Below are positions 25,457 through 36,553 of a stretch of DNA of 64,000 nucleotides, piece after piece. Under the pieces are notes generated by a model. That model was given only the letters and a program-made list of their open reading frames with translations. It was not told the DNA's origin and made no database searches. Origin of the DNA: Dudresnaya verticillata (Eukaryota); contig OZ374562.1 of NCBI GenBank assembly GCA_977862235.1, positions 1,240,001-1,304,000 on the forward strand, read 5' to 3'. Numbering within the stretch: position 1 is the first letter of the stretch; every line of letters starts with the position of its first letter. Both the position numbers and the translations under genes were made by a program.

Positions 25457-26507
25457 ATGCGACAGAAGGACTTCGAGATCGGCCGTGCTGTGCGTCGTGC
25501 AGCCAACCGAAAGCGCACAATGCTGCAGAGCCTAGTTCTAGGCGCAGATGACGAGCTCTTTCTGCGACGGAAGCGTTTCCGACAAGCAGCACGCGATGTG
25601 CGGCGCATCCGTCTACGTTCACTGCAGATATCTACGGCGTCTTTTAACGTTAACGTTTTCTCTGAAACAGTTCCGCTTCAAGAAATCTGACTTGGGAAAG
25701 CTCGCGCAACTAACTGCATGGACGTCAGGAAAGACCAAGCGTTCTAGCTACCGTTGTCATCCGTTTACAGCAACATGTATAGTGCTGAAAAAGCTCGCAT
25801 ACCCTACGCGCTGGAAGGACATCGAGTATACCTTTGATATGCGAGCATCGGCCATGTGCGAGGTTTTTTGGGAGGTTGTGGAAGCGTTTATTAGGGCTCG
25901 CGTGAACCTGTTGGAAGCCTTCCGTCACGATCTCATGAACCGCCGAGCTGCAATGTATGCACAAGAAATCCACGCCAAAGGCGCGCCGTTGGACAATTGT
26001 GTTGGGTTCATTGACTGTACTAAAATACAAATGTGTCGCCCTGGCGGTTCTGGAGCTAACCAACGCAGCTGTTATTCGGGACATAAGCGATTTCACGGTC
26101 TCATCTATCAGACCATCACGACGCCAGACGGACTTATGTTCAACTTATACGGCCCGGAAGTAGGACGCAGATATGATATGACCCTGTACAGGCAAAGCGG
26201 CATGAACAACCTACTAGAAACGGCCCTAACAATCGAAGGAGTACAGTACTGCTTATACGGAGATGCTGCCTTTATTCTGCCTCCATGGTTACAGACAGCA
26301 TACAATCGTATAGGAGCATCACCAGCCCAGCAGGCCTATAATGCGGCGATGAGTGCTGTTCGGGAGGCTGTGGAATGGACGTATAAGGATTTAAAGCAAA
26401 TGTGGTCCTCCCAAGATTACAAACGCCATCTCAAAGTACGTCAAGCACCTATTGCACTTCTGTACAAGTGTGCTGCGTTGTTATGGAACTTTAAGGTTTG
26501 TTTACAT
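25457..26507 (+). pseudogene. PIF/Harbinger (DDE_Tnp_4/HARBI1-like) transposase, frameshifted near 25660 and C-terminally truncated
   Basis: GFIDCT, YSGHKRFHGLIYQTITTPDG, GPEVGRRYD, LYGDAAF, YNAAMSAVREAVEW motifs; cut at LLWNFKVCLH by an LTR. Confidence 0.92.
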
Positions 26508-27351
26508 TGTGGTGCAAGGGGAGGGCTGCCCCTTTTTCGCTGTGAGCGTATTATATGCCATCGTCTACCGATGGCACGTCAACCGCCGTTGGCGCGCGAA
26601 CACGTCATAGACGATTGGCTCACGGGCATACGGCCGCCGTTACCCCGCGCGGCGCGGCGCACGCGCCCACTGTACGGCCAGATCCGGATACACGATCCCG
26701 ATCGGCCGGGCGCAAGGCGCCCGCCTGTAAGCTTGGCCCGGATCAGGATCGGATCCGGATGGGACATCGAGATCCAGCATCCGAATCTACAGTGATGTAA
26801 GGGGCGCGCCTGTAATGGCCGCGCACCAGCAATGGTGGCAGGGATCTGGATCCGAATCCGGATCCCCTACGCTGCTACACGCATGCGTCTGTAAGCCAAC
26901 CCTGAGCTCCCGCGCACGCGGCTGCATGGCGACGACGACGTGTCAGACACTCGACGGCGCGACACGCGTCCTGAGTTCCCGCGCACCGCGCCTGCCGCCG
27001 TCGCTCGCGTAGTATATTAGGTAATCCGTCTGAGACGCTGAGTAAACTCCGGACAAGCCGGCCTTGGTCCAGACTTCCCCGTTCCGCGCACGCGCGTACC
27101 CTACCGCTGCCTACGGCTAAGCGTCTACCTCCCGTGCTTCCACGTCTGCCATCGTCCTTGACGTGCTCCCTTTCTGTTTCCTTTCCCCTTCCTTCACACC
27201 TTCCGCCTCGGGCGTCTACAGTCCGCCCAAGGCGTGTTCCTTTGCTCTACCACCAAGTCGCCCACGGCGGGACCACCCCTCGCCAAGGGCGCAGCTACCC
27301 ACCGAGCCCCGAGTTGCTCGGCGGTCTATCGTTTCAGACGTTTGCACCACA
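26508..27351 (+). mobile_element. Solo LTR of a gypsy-B-related subfamily, opposite orientation to B, no TSD
   Basis: TGTGGTGCAA...TTGCACCACA; long blocks are reverse-complement matches to the B LTR; flanks TACAT and GCTGC differ. Confidence 0.9.
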
Positions 27352-27632
27352 GCTGCCGCAATTTGCGAGTACGGCGCGAGGTGTGAAGGTTGCTATCTGT
27401 ACTGTGGAAGCGCTCTGATCTGGCGGGAAGACCCCCTTGAAATTGGGCCGTCTCGGAAGGGCCCTCTCACGGGTGTCTTCTCTTCTTTCGCTTACCAGCT
27501 CTCCAAGCGAAAAACGATTCGGCCGGATCATCAAATTGAGTCTCACGCCTCCTACGTGTATGGCGTGTAACGCTATATCAAGACATGTGAAAATCATTTC
27601 TGTATCGTAATCTCTCTAATGTAGTGCTAGAA

Positions 27633-28268
27633 TGTGGTATAACGAGCGCTGGGGCGCTGTAAGGAGCAACGTGTACACGCGACGCCTGTAAGGCGTGGGA
27701 AACCGGAGTGAGCTGGCTGCTCGCCATTGGACAATTAACTACGTGAGCACTATGCGCGCTGAGTGGTGGATACGCGCCATGATGGCATGTCTATTTTGGG
27801 CGTGGCGTCTTACAATGACGCCGTACGTACGGAAGCGGTATAACTGCTCATTCCTACTTTTATCGCTAGTGTAACTGTTAGTGTACAGTATTAGCTCACT
27901 TTTAGCATTATAGCTCTAACTGAGCGGTTAGTCCCTTTTTGGCTCCCGCCGTATTTATTAGGCCCCTGAGTAGCAGGGGCCTGCATTAAACGGGCAGCGG
28001 TGTGTGCCTTGGCTTTTTCCCCTTTGTTGGACTCTCACGGTATCACCGCTACAACCCCCGTTAGGCGTTTACAAGCCGTGCTACCTACGACGACTGCTCT
28101 AAGCAGTACGGTTCGCCTTCCCTTTTCCCCTCTTTTGCAGGGCTTTCCGCCCTCCCAAGTCTCTACCACCCCTTTTGGAGCTACCAACCACGCGAGTGGG
28201 ATCACGCTTGCAGGACAGCTGTCGTGCTGTGTGGCCGTCTATTCTGGCTTGAAAGCCATTCTACCACA
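27633..28268 (+). mobile_element. Solo LTR (636 bp) inserted in the gypsy A 3' LTR
   Basis: TGTGGTA...TACCACA; TSD TAGAA at 27628-27632 and 28269-28273; related to the LTR at 35652. Confidence 0.93.
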
Positions 28269-28273
28269 TAGAA

Positions 28274-28611
28274 CTAGACTGAAGTAGCGATAGAACTAGC
28301 ATTTACGCGGGTTCTACAGTAAAAGCTAGCCCAATTGTAGTGTTTTCGACTATTTCTAAACTACAATTACTACTTTACGTCCTGCGGACCGGCTTCTAGA
28401 AGCCCGCGGTTCTCGTCATGATGGCTAGCTTGCCATAAAGGCGGTGCTGCTGGCCATCATCCTCATCATCAGCCTGCTGGATTGCGGCATGGCGGTGATG
28501 AGGACGGCTTTAGGGAGCACAAGCACGAGGGTGCTGTGCTGTAAACGTATTAAGTCCTCGTCGGACATAAATGTCCGGTTTTTAGTGGACATTTACTGTC
28601 CGGTCGTTAGA
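28274..28611 (-). repeat. Gypsy A 3' LTR, last fragment
   Basis: Matches 34451-34788; adjacent polypurine tract AAAGGGGGAGGAGT (28612-28625, minus strand). Confidence 0.93.
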
Positions 28612-28632
28612 ACTCCTCCCCCTTTAAGTGGG

Positions 28633-31600
28633 TTATTCTTCCTCGAATAATCTTGTGAAGTAATCTTGGATTAAATCTTGCCGATCTTGCATATCTTGCT
28701 TCTTGATCCATGTGTTCTCAATGGGACTTGTGTCTTTGAAATGTACCAGAAATTGTACATTTCTATCGTGTAGACGGTGCGTTATAATTCTCTCAATTTT
28801 GTTCTTCTGCTGAGAGGATAGAGCAAAGTTGGTTGCTTGAGGTGGACGATTGTATGTATCAGGATGATACGGCTTGAGTAAGGAAATATGGAATGTTGGA
28901 TGGATTTACTTGTAGCTTTCCGGTAGTTCTAGGCGATAGGCGTTTCCAGATGCTACACGTTTAAGTACAGTGAATGGTCCAATGTACTTCGGAGATAACT
29001 TCTTGGTCTTGCCTTGACGTAGTGGTAGATTCTTGGTTGAAAGCATAACGAGATCTCCAACTTCAAACTTGTCGTCTCGACGATGTTTGTTGATAGCGTC
29101 AGATGATGATAGATTGGCTTTCGAAATAGCGTCTTGAGCTAGTCTGTTGGCTTCTTGTATTTCTTCTACAAATTGATCTGTTGCCTTGTTGGATGATTGC
29201 GAAGTATCTGAATGTAGGATGTCAGATATAGCAAAAGGATTTTGTCCATACTCAAGACAGAAAGGTGTTCGTTTCGTTGCTTCGTTGTAGTAATTGTTGT
29301 AAGCAAATTCAAGCCCTGGTAGGTAAAAATTCCAGCCTTTCTGCGTGTATGAGATAAAGCAGCGCAGTATTTCTTCGATTGTGCGAAATGCGCGCTCGGA
29401 CTGTCCATCAGTTTGAGGATGGAACGCTGTAGAAAGGTTGAGTTTCACTTTGAGAAGTGTCATCAATTCAGTCCAGAAAGAGCCCGTAAAACGAGTATCT
29501 CTGTCAGAGATGATTTTACGAGGTAGACCATGGTGTTTGTATACCTCATTGTAGAATGCTACAGCAGTATTCTTTGCTGTGTGACTCGATTCCAGTGATA
29601 TGAAGTGTGCTTTTCTGCACAGTTTATCCACAACTACAAAAATAGCTGTTTTGTTGTTCTTCGTTCTCGGAAGTTCAAATATAAAGTCCATTGAAATTTC
29701 TTCCCACTTCTTAGTTGGTGGTGGAAACGGTCGTAGGTTTCCAAGTCGTTTCTGGTTTGAGCTTTTAGCGTCTTGGCACTTCTTACATGTTTTAATGTTG
29801 TACACTTCTTCGCTCATCTCAGGCCAGAAGAAGTGTTCTCTGATTTTGCTGAGCGTTTTCTTAAATCCTCTATGAGCTCCAAGTCGTAGCTCCCAGTCGT
29901 TCTCCAACTTTTCTGTACGGCTCTCGAGGTTGCGAGTAAATACCTTTAAACTCTTCATCTTCCCAGTATTCAGTCTCTAAGTTTTTTAGTACTTGGTCTG
30001 CTACATGTACTGTAGTAACAGCCAGTAGTTGTTTGATTATATGCGCAGATTTTCTGTGAACCTCCTTATACCGTCTTGATAAGGCATCTGCTACAATGTT
30101 CGACTTACCCTTAATGGAGTCAATGTTGTAGTCGAATTCTTGCATAAATTCTACCCATCTTGCTTGTCTCCTTGATAGGGTCTTTTGCGTGTCTAAGTAT
30201 TTGAGTGGATGATGATCCGTCATAATTTTAAACTTAGCACCATGTAAGTATGGTCTCCAGGTGCGTAGAGCAAATATGATGGCTAGTAGTTCTCTTTCAT
30301 GAGTACTGTAATCCTGTTCTGCTGGATTTAACTTGCGTGATGTATAAGCCACAGGACGAGTTCCTGTATCATCAGTTTGTGTAAGTACAGCTCCTACTCC
30401 TGTCTGAGATGCATCAGCTGTTAATTCGTAAGGTAGGTTTGGGTCTGCACATCTAAGTATCGGTGCGTTCGTGAGTAACTCTTTCAGCTTGTCAAACGCA
30501 GCTTGTTCATCTTTTGTCCATCTGTACCCTTGATTTTTCTCGTAATGTTTGTTAGAGGTGTGGCAACAGAAGCAAAGTCCTTCAAGAATCTTCTGTAGTA
30601 GTTGCAGAGTCCAAGAAAACTTTGAACTTGTGTAACGTTTTCTGGTATTTCCCATTTCTTTACAGCTTCAATCTTTTTGGGATTTACTTGAATCCCGTCT
30701 TTCGAAATGATGTGACCCAGATATTCAATCTCTTGGATCATAAATTCACATTCCGAGAGCTTTTCGTAGAGCTTGTGTTCTCTTAACACTTTCAGTATAG
30801 TAGATAAGTGTTTGATGTGGTCTTCTTTCGTCTTACTGTAAACCAGAATGTCGTCTAAGTAGACTAGGACATAATCGTCTAAGTAAGGTCTTAAAATATT
30901 GTTCATTCATGTTTTAAAACATCCAGGTGCCCCAGTCAATCCGAAAGGTGTAACTAGGCACTCAAATTGTCCATACCTTGTTCGGAATGCTGTCTTTTCA
31001 ATATCTGTTTCATTAACTCGAATCTGGTGATAGCCAGATCGAATATCAATGCAAGAGAAGTACTTGGCTCCTGCTACTTGATCCCATACCTCATCTATTC
31101 TCGGTAGAGGTACGTGGTTCTTTATCGTTTGCTTGTTTAAGGCTCTGTAGTCAATACACATTCTTAGACCTCCGTCTTTCTTTGGGGTGAATAGTACTGG
31201 ACTTCCCCATGGGCTAATGCTTGGCCTAATGAGTCCATGTTCTAGTGCTTCTTGAATCTGTTTTTTCATTTCTTCAAGTTATTTCTTTGATAGCTTATAT
31301 ATTGGTCCCATCTTGGGTTTTGCATCTCTTTCTAATTTGATATTCATTTCCACTGATCTCTTTGGTGGTAATCCTTTAGGCAACGCTTCAGGAAATACAT
31401 CCTCGTACTCCTTCAGTAATTGCCTGAGGTCTTTATCTTGAGGACCTTCCCCTTTTATACGGTCTTTTGAACCAGGACCTTCCCCTGTTAGCTCTTCTCC
31501 TGTCCTCCGATCTTTAGAGGTTTTAACTATTACGTGGTATATCTTACTTTTTTGTATCTTTGCTAACCTTAGGAACTGTTTACTCGTAAGCATGTATGTC

Positions 31601-32255
31601 AGGCGGGATACCCCATGCTTATGAGCCTCTGCGTCCAGATTAATTAACCTATCTCCTTGTTTTAGGAGCATACGGTGGCGCTTCCAGTCGATAATAGGGG
31701 TGGCATCGGACAGCCAAGACATGCCTAGGATTAAGTCATAAGCAATCCAATCAAGAATGTAAGGTTTTGCCTTAATTGTGGCTTCCCCTACCCGTAGTTG
31801 TAGGTTTTCAGAACAAACGTCCATTGGAGCAAGTGTTCCGTCCCATAGTTCTGCACTAAGGTTAGTTGGTACCCTCTTCACTTGCAGCTTATCTGCATAA
31901 CTCTTTGAAATCACAATTTCTTCGCATCCAGAGTCCACTAATGTTTTGCAATGGAAATTTGGTGGTTGCAGTATGCACCTCTCCATTGAAGAACAAAAGT
32001 GCTTGCCTATTACTTCTTCTTCTTTTCCTGTATGGTGAAAAGGTGCAAAGTTTCAAAGTATCTTCATTTTCTACTAATTCAGTATTGTTTTTGTTCTTTT
32101 CTGTTTTCTCGTGTTTTTGTTTTTTTTTATGTTTTTCTCATGTTTTTGTTCTTTTGTAGTTTTCTCATGTTTCTGTATTTTTTGATTTTTGTGACAATGC
32201 GGTTCGGCTATCTTACAATGCTCCGTGGACGCGCCGAGTTTGTCCAACGGATGAC
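28633..32255 (-). pseudogene. pol: Gypsy A pol (PR-RT-RH-IN-chromodomain), several stops and frameshifts
   Basis: [68 protein letters not shown]; read by hand past the stop at 28906: HPTFHISLLKPY...IERIITHR...FLVHFKD...ENTWI (chromodomain). Confidence 0.95.
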
Positions 32256-33205
32256 TTAGTTTTTTCCAGCATCCTTGTGAGGCTGCTGACTGTAACTACC
32301 ATGGTAGGATCTGTTGTTCCAGTTCCTATTTCCACGTTGTGGTTGTTGATTAGATCTGTGGTTCCTTGCTATGCAATTGGGCTTACCACAGACATAACAA
32401 AGGTTCAGTTCCATATGCCTCTTTTTCTCGGCGTACGAAAGTTGATTAAACCTTCCGGTATTATTGTTGTATCTTCTGTTTTGCATATTTCCGATTTGCA
32501 TCGGGGTTGGCCCTCCAGTCTGCCCAGAATTAAAGTGTCCAAATCCAAAGTAGTTACTAGTCCTGAATAGAGACTATCAATCTTATTTGCAATTCGCATT
32601 GCATGATCGAGAGTTTCAGGTTCGGCTCGTTCCACTTCGACTCGCATCTTTTGTTTGAGTCCCTGACTGTAGTGGAAGATTTGCTCTCCCTGAGTCATGG
32701 TTGGAATCTGTAAGAGCCATTTAGAAAACGCCTTATTGTATTCTCTCACTGCGGTGAACTTACCCATTTGTTTCAATTCACTAAGCATCTTTCGTGCTGT
32801 GAGTTCTCTATTGACTGGTTCAAAGTGTCTGAGAAGTTCCGCTTCAAATTCCTCAAACGTGTTTGTACGTATCTCGTTTAGGGTGATCAGTTCCCACCAT
32901 CGTATACCATCTCCTGCTAGGTAACTAACTGCATACTTTATCTTTTGGTCCTCCGTGGAAGTGTTACTCTGGCTCTCGAAAAGGTTTCTCAAACTTTTGA
33001 GCCGGCTCCTTGCATTACGACCATTGAACTTGCCAGGTTTACCAATCTTCATCTTGGAACCCATTCCCTGTGTTGCAAGCGTGTTGTAAGCCAGACTAGC
33101 GCCTTGCACTTGTTTTTGCAGTTGTGCAATTTGTTGCTGGATACTAGTCTGTTCTTGCTGCATTTGCTCTGGAGTGAGCTGTGGTTTGTTGTTTTCGGGG
33201 TTCAT
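32256..33205 (-). pseudogene. gag: Gypsy A gag (one frameshift near 32500)
   Basis: KPGKFNG, YAVSYLAGDGIRWW, LKQMG...VREY, YSQGLK; knuckle-like LCYVCGKPNCIARNH; ends GKN-stop. Confidence 0.9.
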
Positions 33206-33418
33206 GGCTGTTTGCTAGGTCTGTAGTACAAGTGTGAAGTATATTTTTTTTTGTAACCCAACTTATCTTATAAGTTCCCACAATATAACTTGTTTTCGTG
33301 GGAGATCCCCCTTTTAAGGGTGTTTTCCAAGTTTTGGTAACTTTTGGTAAGGGTGAAATGATTTACTAAGATGTTTCGACAAAGCGGATATTTTAGTGCA
33401 GAATGATCACTCTTCTAT

Positions 33419-34072
33419 TTACTTTTTCGACTGCTTGCAGTACTTAAGAGTTTTGCTGACAGCTTCAGAGGTAGTACTCCTCGGCTTACTGATCTTGTTC
33501 CAACGCTGTATGGCACCCTGCTGGGTCGCCAAGTGTACCAAGCGAAGGAGTTCTTGCTTACGGCGTCGGTGCTCGTCTTCCAATTTGTGAGTGTTGAAAA
33601 GTAAGATATTTTTGTACGTAGTGTGACACAGGTCACACTTCACTGTGAGTACCTCGTTGTGCTCTCGGTTGAGATTGGTCACGGCCGAGTTGAATCCACG
33701 TCGTTGGATTAAGGCTGACACGTGCACCTCGCTGATATTATGATCCGTCCACGGCTCGTTTGGTGCCTTATGGGTGCCGCAAGTGGAACACTTAGGTCCA
33801 CTGCGCTGTAATCCTTCAGGTCGCGGGAGTGCTATGGTTGGTCCTTTCAAACCAACTTTCAAAATGGCGGCTGATAGTTGGCTCTCGTTTTGTAACGGGT
33901 TCACCACGTAGGGCGCGGCGCGTGACGCATACTCTGATTTGGCGGGCGCGACAGGCTTGCCGGCGAGCGTAGATAGCGGGCCAACGACACGGGGCGTAGG
34001 TGCCGGGTCGGGCCCAAAGTGCTTCAGAGCGAGATCACGCTGCTCCTTGGTGCCGGCGTTGTCCAGCTTTTA
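33419..34072 (-). CDS. Extra ORF upstream of gag in gypsy A with two matrin/U1/JAZ-type C2H2 zinc fingers
   Basis: Frame open 34072-33419 (true start uncertain, 5' part probably degraded); CSTC-x12-H-x5-H (33790-33722) and CDLC-x12-H-x5-H (33637-33569) with a 28-aa linker; basic C-terminus. Confidence 0.72.
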
Positions 34073-34215
34073 ATTGGACCTTTTTCTGAACGGATATTTT
34101 TGGCGGCCTCTGGTTGGTGCGCCTGCGCCTGTTCGGGTGCGGCGGCGGCGGCGGCGGTGTTGTCGATTTCAGGCACTGGGCCAAATAGAAGCAATTAAAA
34201 AATTGGTTAGAAATA

Positions 34216-34231
34216 CGGCGATGCTACCACT
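34216..34231 (-). other. Primer-binding site of gypsy A (TGGTAGCATCGCCG)
   Basis: TGG begins 2 nt after the LTR; TGGTAGCA resembles an initiator-tRNA-Met-type PBS. Confidence 0.7.
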
Positions 34232-34788
34232 TGAAATGGCACAGGACAGGGTCATAAAAATAGGGTTGATTTTTGACTTACTGGTTTGGCTGGTAGGGCT
34301 TTCTCGAGGCTCTTATTTAGGCGCTCGGCGGGGTCTGGATGTTGAGGCATCCGGGGTTAAGCGGATTGTTTGTGCCCTTGAGTTTTGTGCCTCTCTCCTC
34401 CCGGTAGCTCTTTGCAGCTGGCTTTTATAGAGTAGAATGTCGTGCTAGAACTAGACTAAAGTAGCGATAGAACTAGCATTTGCGCGGGTTCTACAGTAAA
34501 AGCTAGCCTAATTGTAGTGTTGTCGACTATTTCTAAACTACAATTACTACTTTACGTCCAGCGGACCGGCTTCTAGAAGCTCGCGGTTCTCGCCATGATG
34601 GCCAGCTCTCCATAAAGGCGGTGCTGCTGGCCATCATCCTCATCATCAGCCTGCTGGATTGCGGCATGGCGGTGATGAGGACGGCTTTAGGGAGCACAAG
34701 CACGAGGGTGCTGTGCTGTAAACGTATTAAGTCCTCGTCGGACATAAATGTCCGGTTTTTAGTGGACGTTTACTGTCCAGTTGTTACA
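34232..34788 (-). repeat. Gypsy A 5' LTR (557 bp)
   Basis: TGAAATGG...TGTTACA followed by TSD TTCTC. Confidence 0.95.
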
Positions 34789-35651
34789 TTCTCGCACTTG
34801 CAACAGCACTGACAACAACGACAGCGTTGACATCGTTTACACATCTAAATGGATCTGCTGGGCAGCAGGCTCCTTTGACTATTTACTCCATGGACTGTTT
34901 TGTGAGCACTTTGTCTATTGGTCCTGAAGCTAGAGTACATGCGAGGCATGGATGGAATCCAGCCCGCTGCCGTGGTTTTTAGTGCTGTTGTACGTGGGAT
35001 ATTCGGGCCCTGCAAAATCATTAGTGTCTAATAAATATTGCCCAAAACGTGTATGCGTTGCAAAATCTCTTTCACAAACACTGTCGTTGAAGATAGAGAG
35101 CCGTGCAACTAGACAAGAATTGTGTTCCACTTCGATACCGCTAATCCCTTCGATACCGCTAATCCCTCGCATCCTCAAATATAATCTACATTAAGCAGGA
35201 ACAGGCAAAATGCGCACAGATGTAGGAAAATGGCTCCCAGACAGGCCTTCGCAACAAAATAGCACGAACGATGTCTGTCTGACACTACAGTCGCGGTGCG
35301 CTGTTTCTAGTATCTCGAAAAGTACCAGCGATTGCGTCCCCAAACGCGACCCCAAAGGACTTCGAAGACCCATCGGATTTCGTAACAATCGCCCAAAAGT
35401 AGGGCGCAACTTTGCGCCGGTAGCAAGTGTGGTAACACGGGAGGGCGTAGACGAAGTCGCGGCCAAAATCCTGGATTAGCAGGGAAAACTGGCCGAGTGG
35501 GTAAAAGGCTACAAAACATTAATCTCAATATCTTGCGCGACGGCTTTCTACTTTTCTGGGCGAGCGCTATTCCGTAGCTGATTAGATTTTCCTTTGCCGT
35601 TTCCACTTTCTTCCTCTGATTTCTCCTGCGGCAAAATCTATTTATAAGATC

Positions 35652-36036
35652 TGTGGTACAACGAGCGCTGGGGCGCTGTAAGGAGGCACGTGTACACGGG
35701 CAAGTCATGGGATACATAACTGAGATAGCCACTTGCCGTTGGACAATTAACTACGTGAGCACTATGCACGCTGAGTGGTCGATACGGGCCATGCTTTCGC
35801 GGATATTTTGGGCCCGGCGTCTTACAGTAACGTCGTATGCACCGAAGCGGTACGACCGCTCATTCCTATTTTTAATCGCTAGTGTAACTGTTAGTGTACA
35901 GTATTTAGATAGCTCTAACTGAGCGGGTAGAAACTTTCCGGCTCCGGACGTATTTCCCCTGAGTAGCAGGGGCCCCGCATTAGACGTGCAGCGGTGTGTG
36001 CTTGGGGTTTTCCCCTTTCTTGGATTCTCACGGTAT
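35652..36036 (+). mobile_element. Truncated LTR of the same family as the 27633 solo LTR
   Basis: TGTGGTA.AACGAGCGCTGGGGCGCTGTAAGGAG start and collinear blocks up to CTCACGGTAT, where another LTR interrupts it. Confidence 0.85.
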
Positions 36037-36553
36037 TGCAGTAGAAAATGGCCCTCGGCCAGGTAGTCGGCGATAAAACGGGGTGACAGCTGTCCTGGGG
36101 ACAAACACTCTCGGTGGGTGGTAGCTCAATGGAAAAGGGAGAAGGGGAGTGGTAGAGACTTGTAGTGGGTGTAATACCCAGAAACAAAGAAAAGGGAAGG
36201 CCAAACCTACAGCGTAGAGCAATCGTCGTACGCGATAGGGCTCGTAGACGCCCAAGGCAAGGAAACAACGGTGGCACCGTAGGAAGGCCAGAAAATGGGT
36301 ACAGCCCAAAGCACACACCGCTACGGGTTTAGTGCGGGGCCCCTGCTACTCAGGGCCCAATAAATACGGCGGGAAGCCGGAAATGCTACCCATTCTAAGT
36401 TAGAGTTATAATACTGACAGTTACCTAATACTGTACACTAAAGATGGATTACAATCCAATGATAGAAATGAGTGGTAGTACCACTACGAGGTACAGGCGC
36501 GCTGCTGTTTGGCGCGCCATGCCAAAATATGGGTGACCATAATTAATCCACCA
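36037..36553 (-). mobile_element. Partial gypsy-C-family LTR in inverted orientation
   Basis: Close reverse complement of ~43590-44112; fused directly to RNase H coding sequence. Confidence 0.88.

Larger units (their letters stand above)
11958..27617 (+). mobile_element. PIF/Harbinger-type DNA transposon (about 1.5 kb after removing nested inserts)
   Basis: 12-bp TIRs AGAGAGATTACG (11958-11969) and CGTAATCTCTCT (27606-27617); AAT duplicated at 11955-11957 and 27618-27620, single in the intact LTR (34436-34438); internal DDE transposase. Confidence 0.9.
11751..34788 (-). mobile_element. Ty3/gypsy chromovirus A (outermost element of the nest), degenerate
   Basis: 5-bp TSD TTCTC at 11746-11750 and 34789-34793. 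Intact LTR 34232-34788 (557 bp); split LTR 11751-11957 + 27621-27632 + 28274-28611 (also 557 bp). gag-PR-RT-RH-IN-chromodomain on the minus strand. Confidence 0.95.

Noticed and set aside
26508..26795. Apparent C-terminal extension of the Harbinger transposase (415-aa ORF)
   Set aside because: Read-through into the inserted solo LTR.
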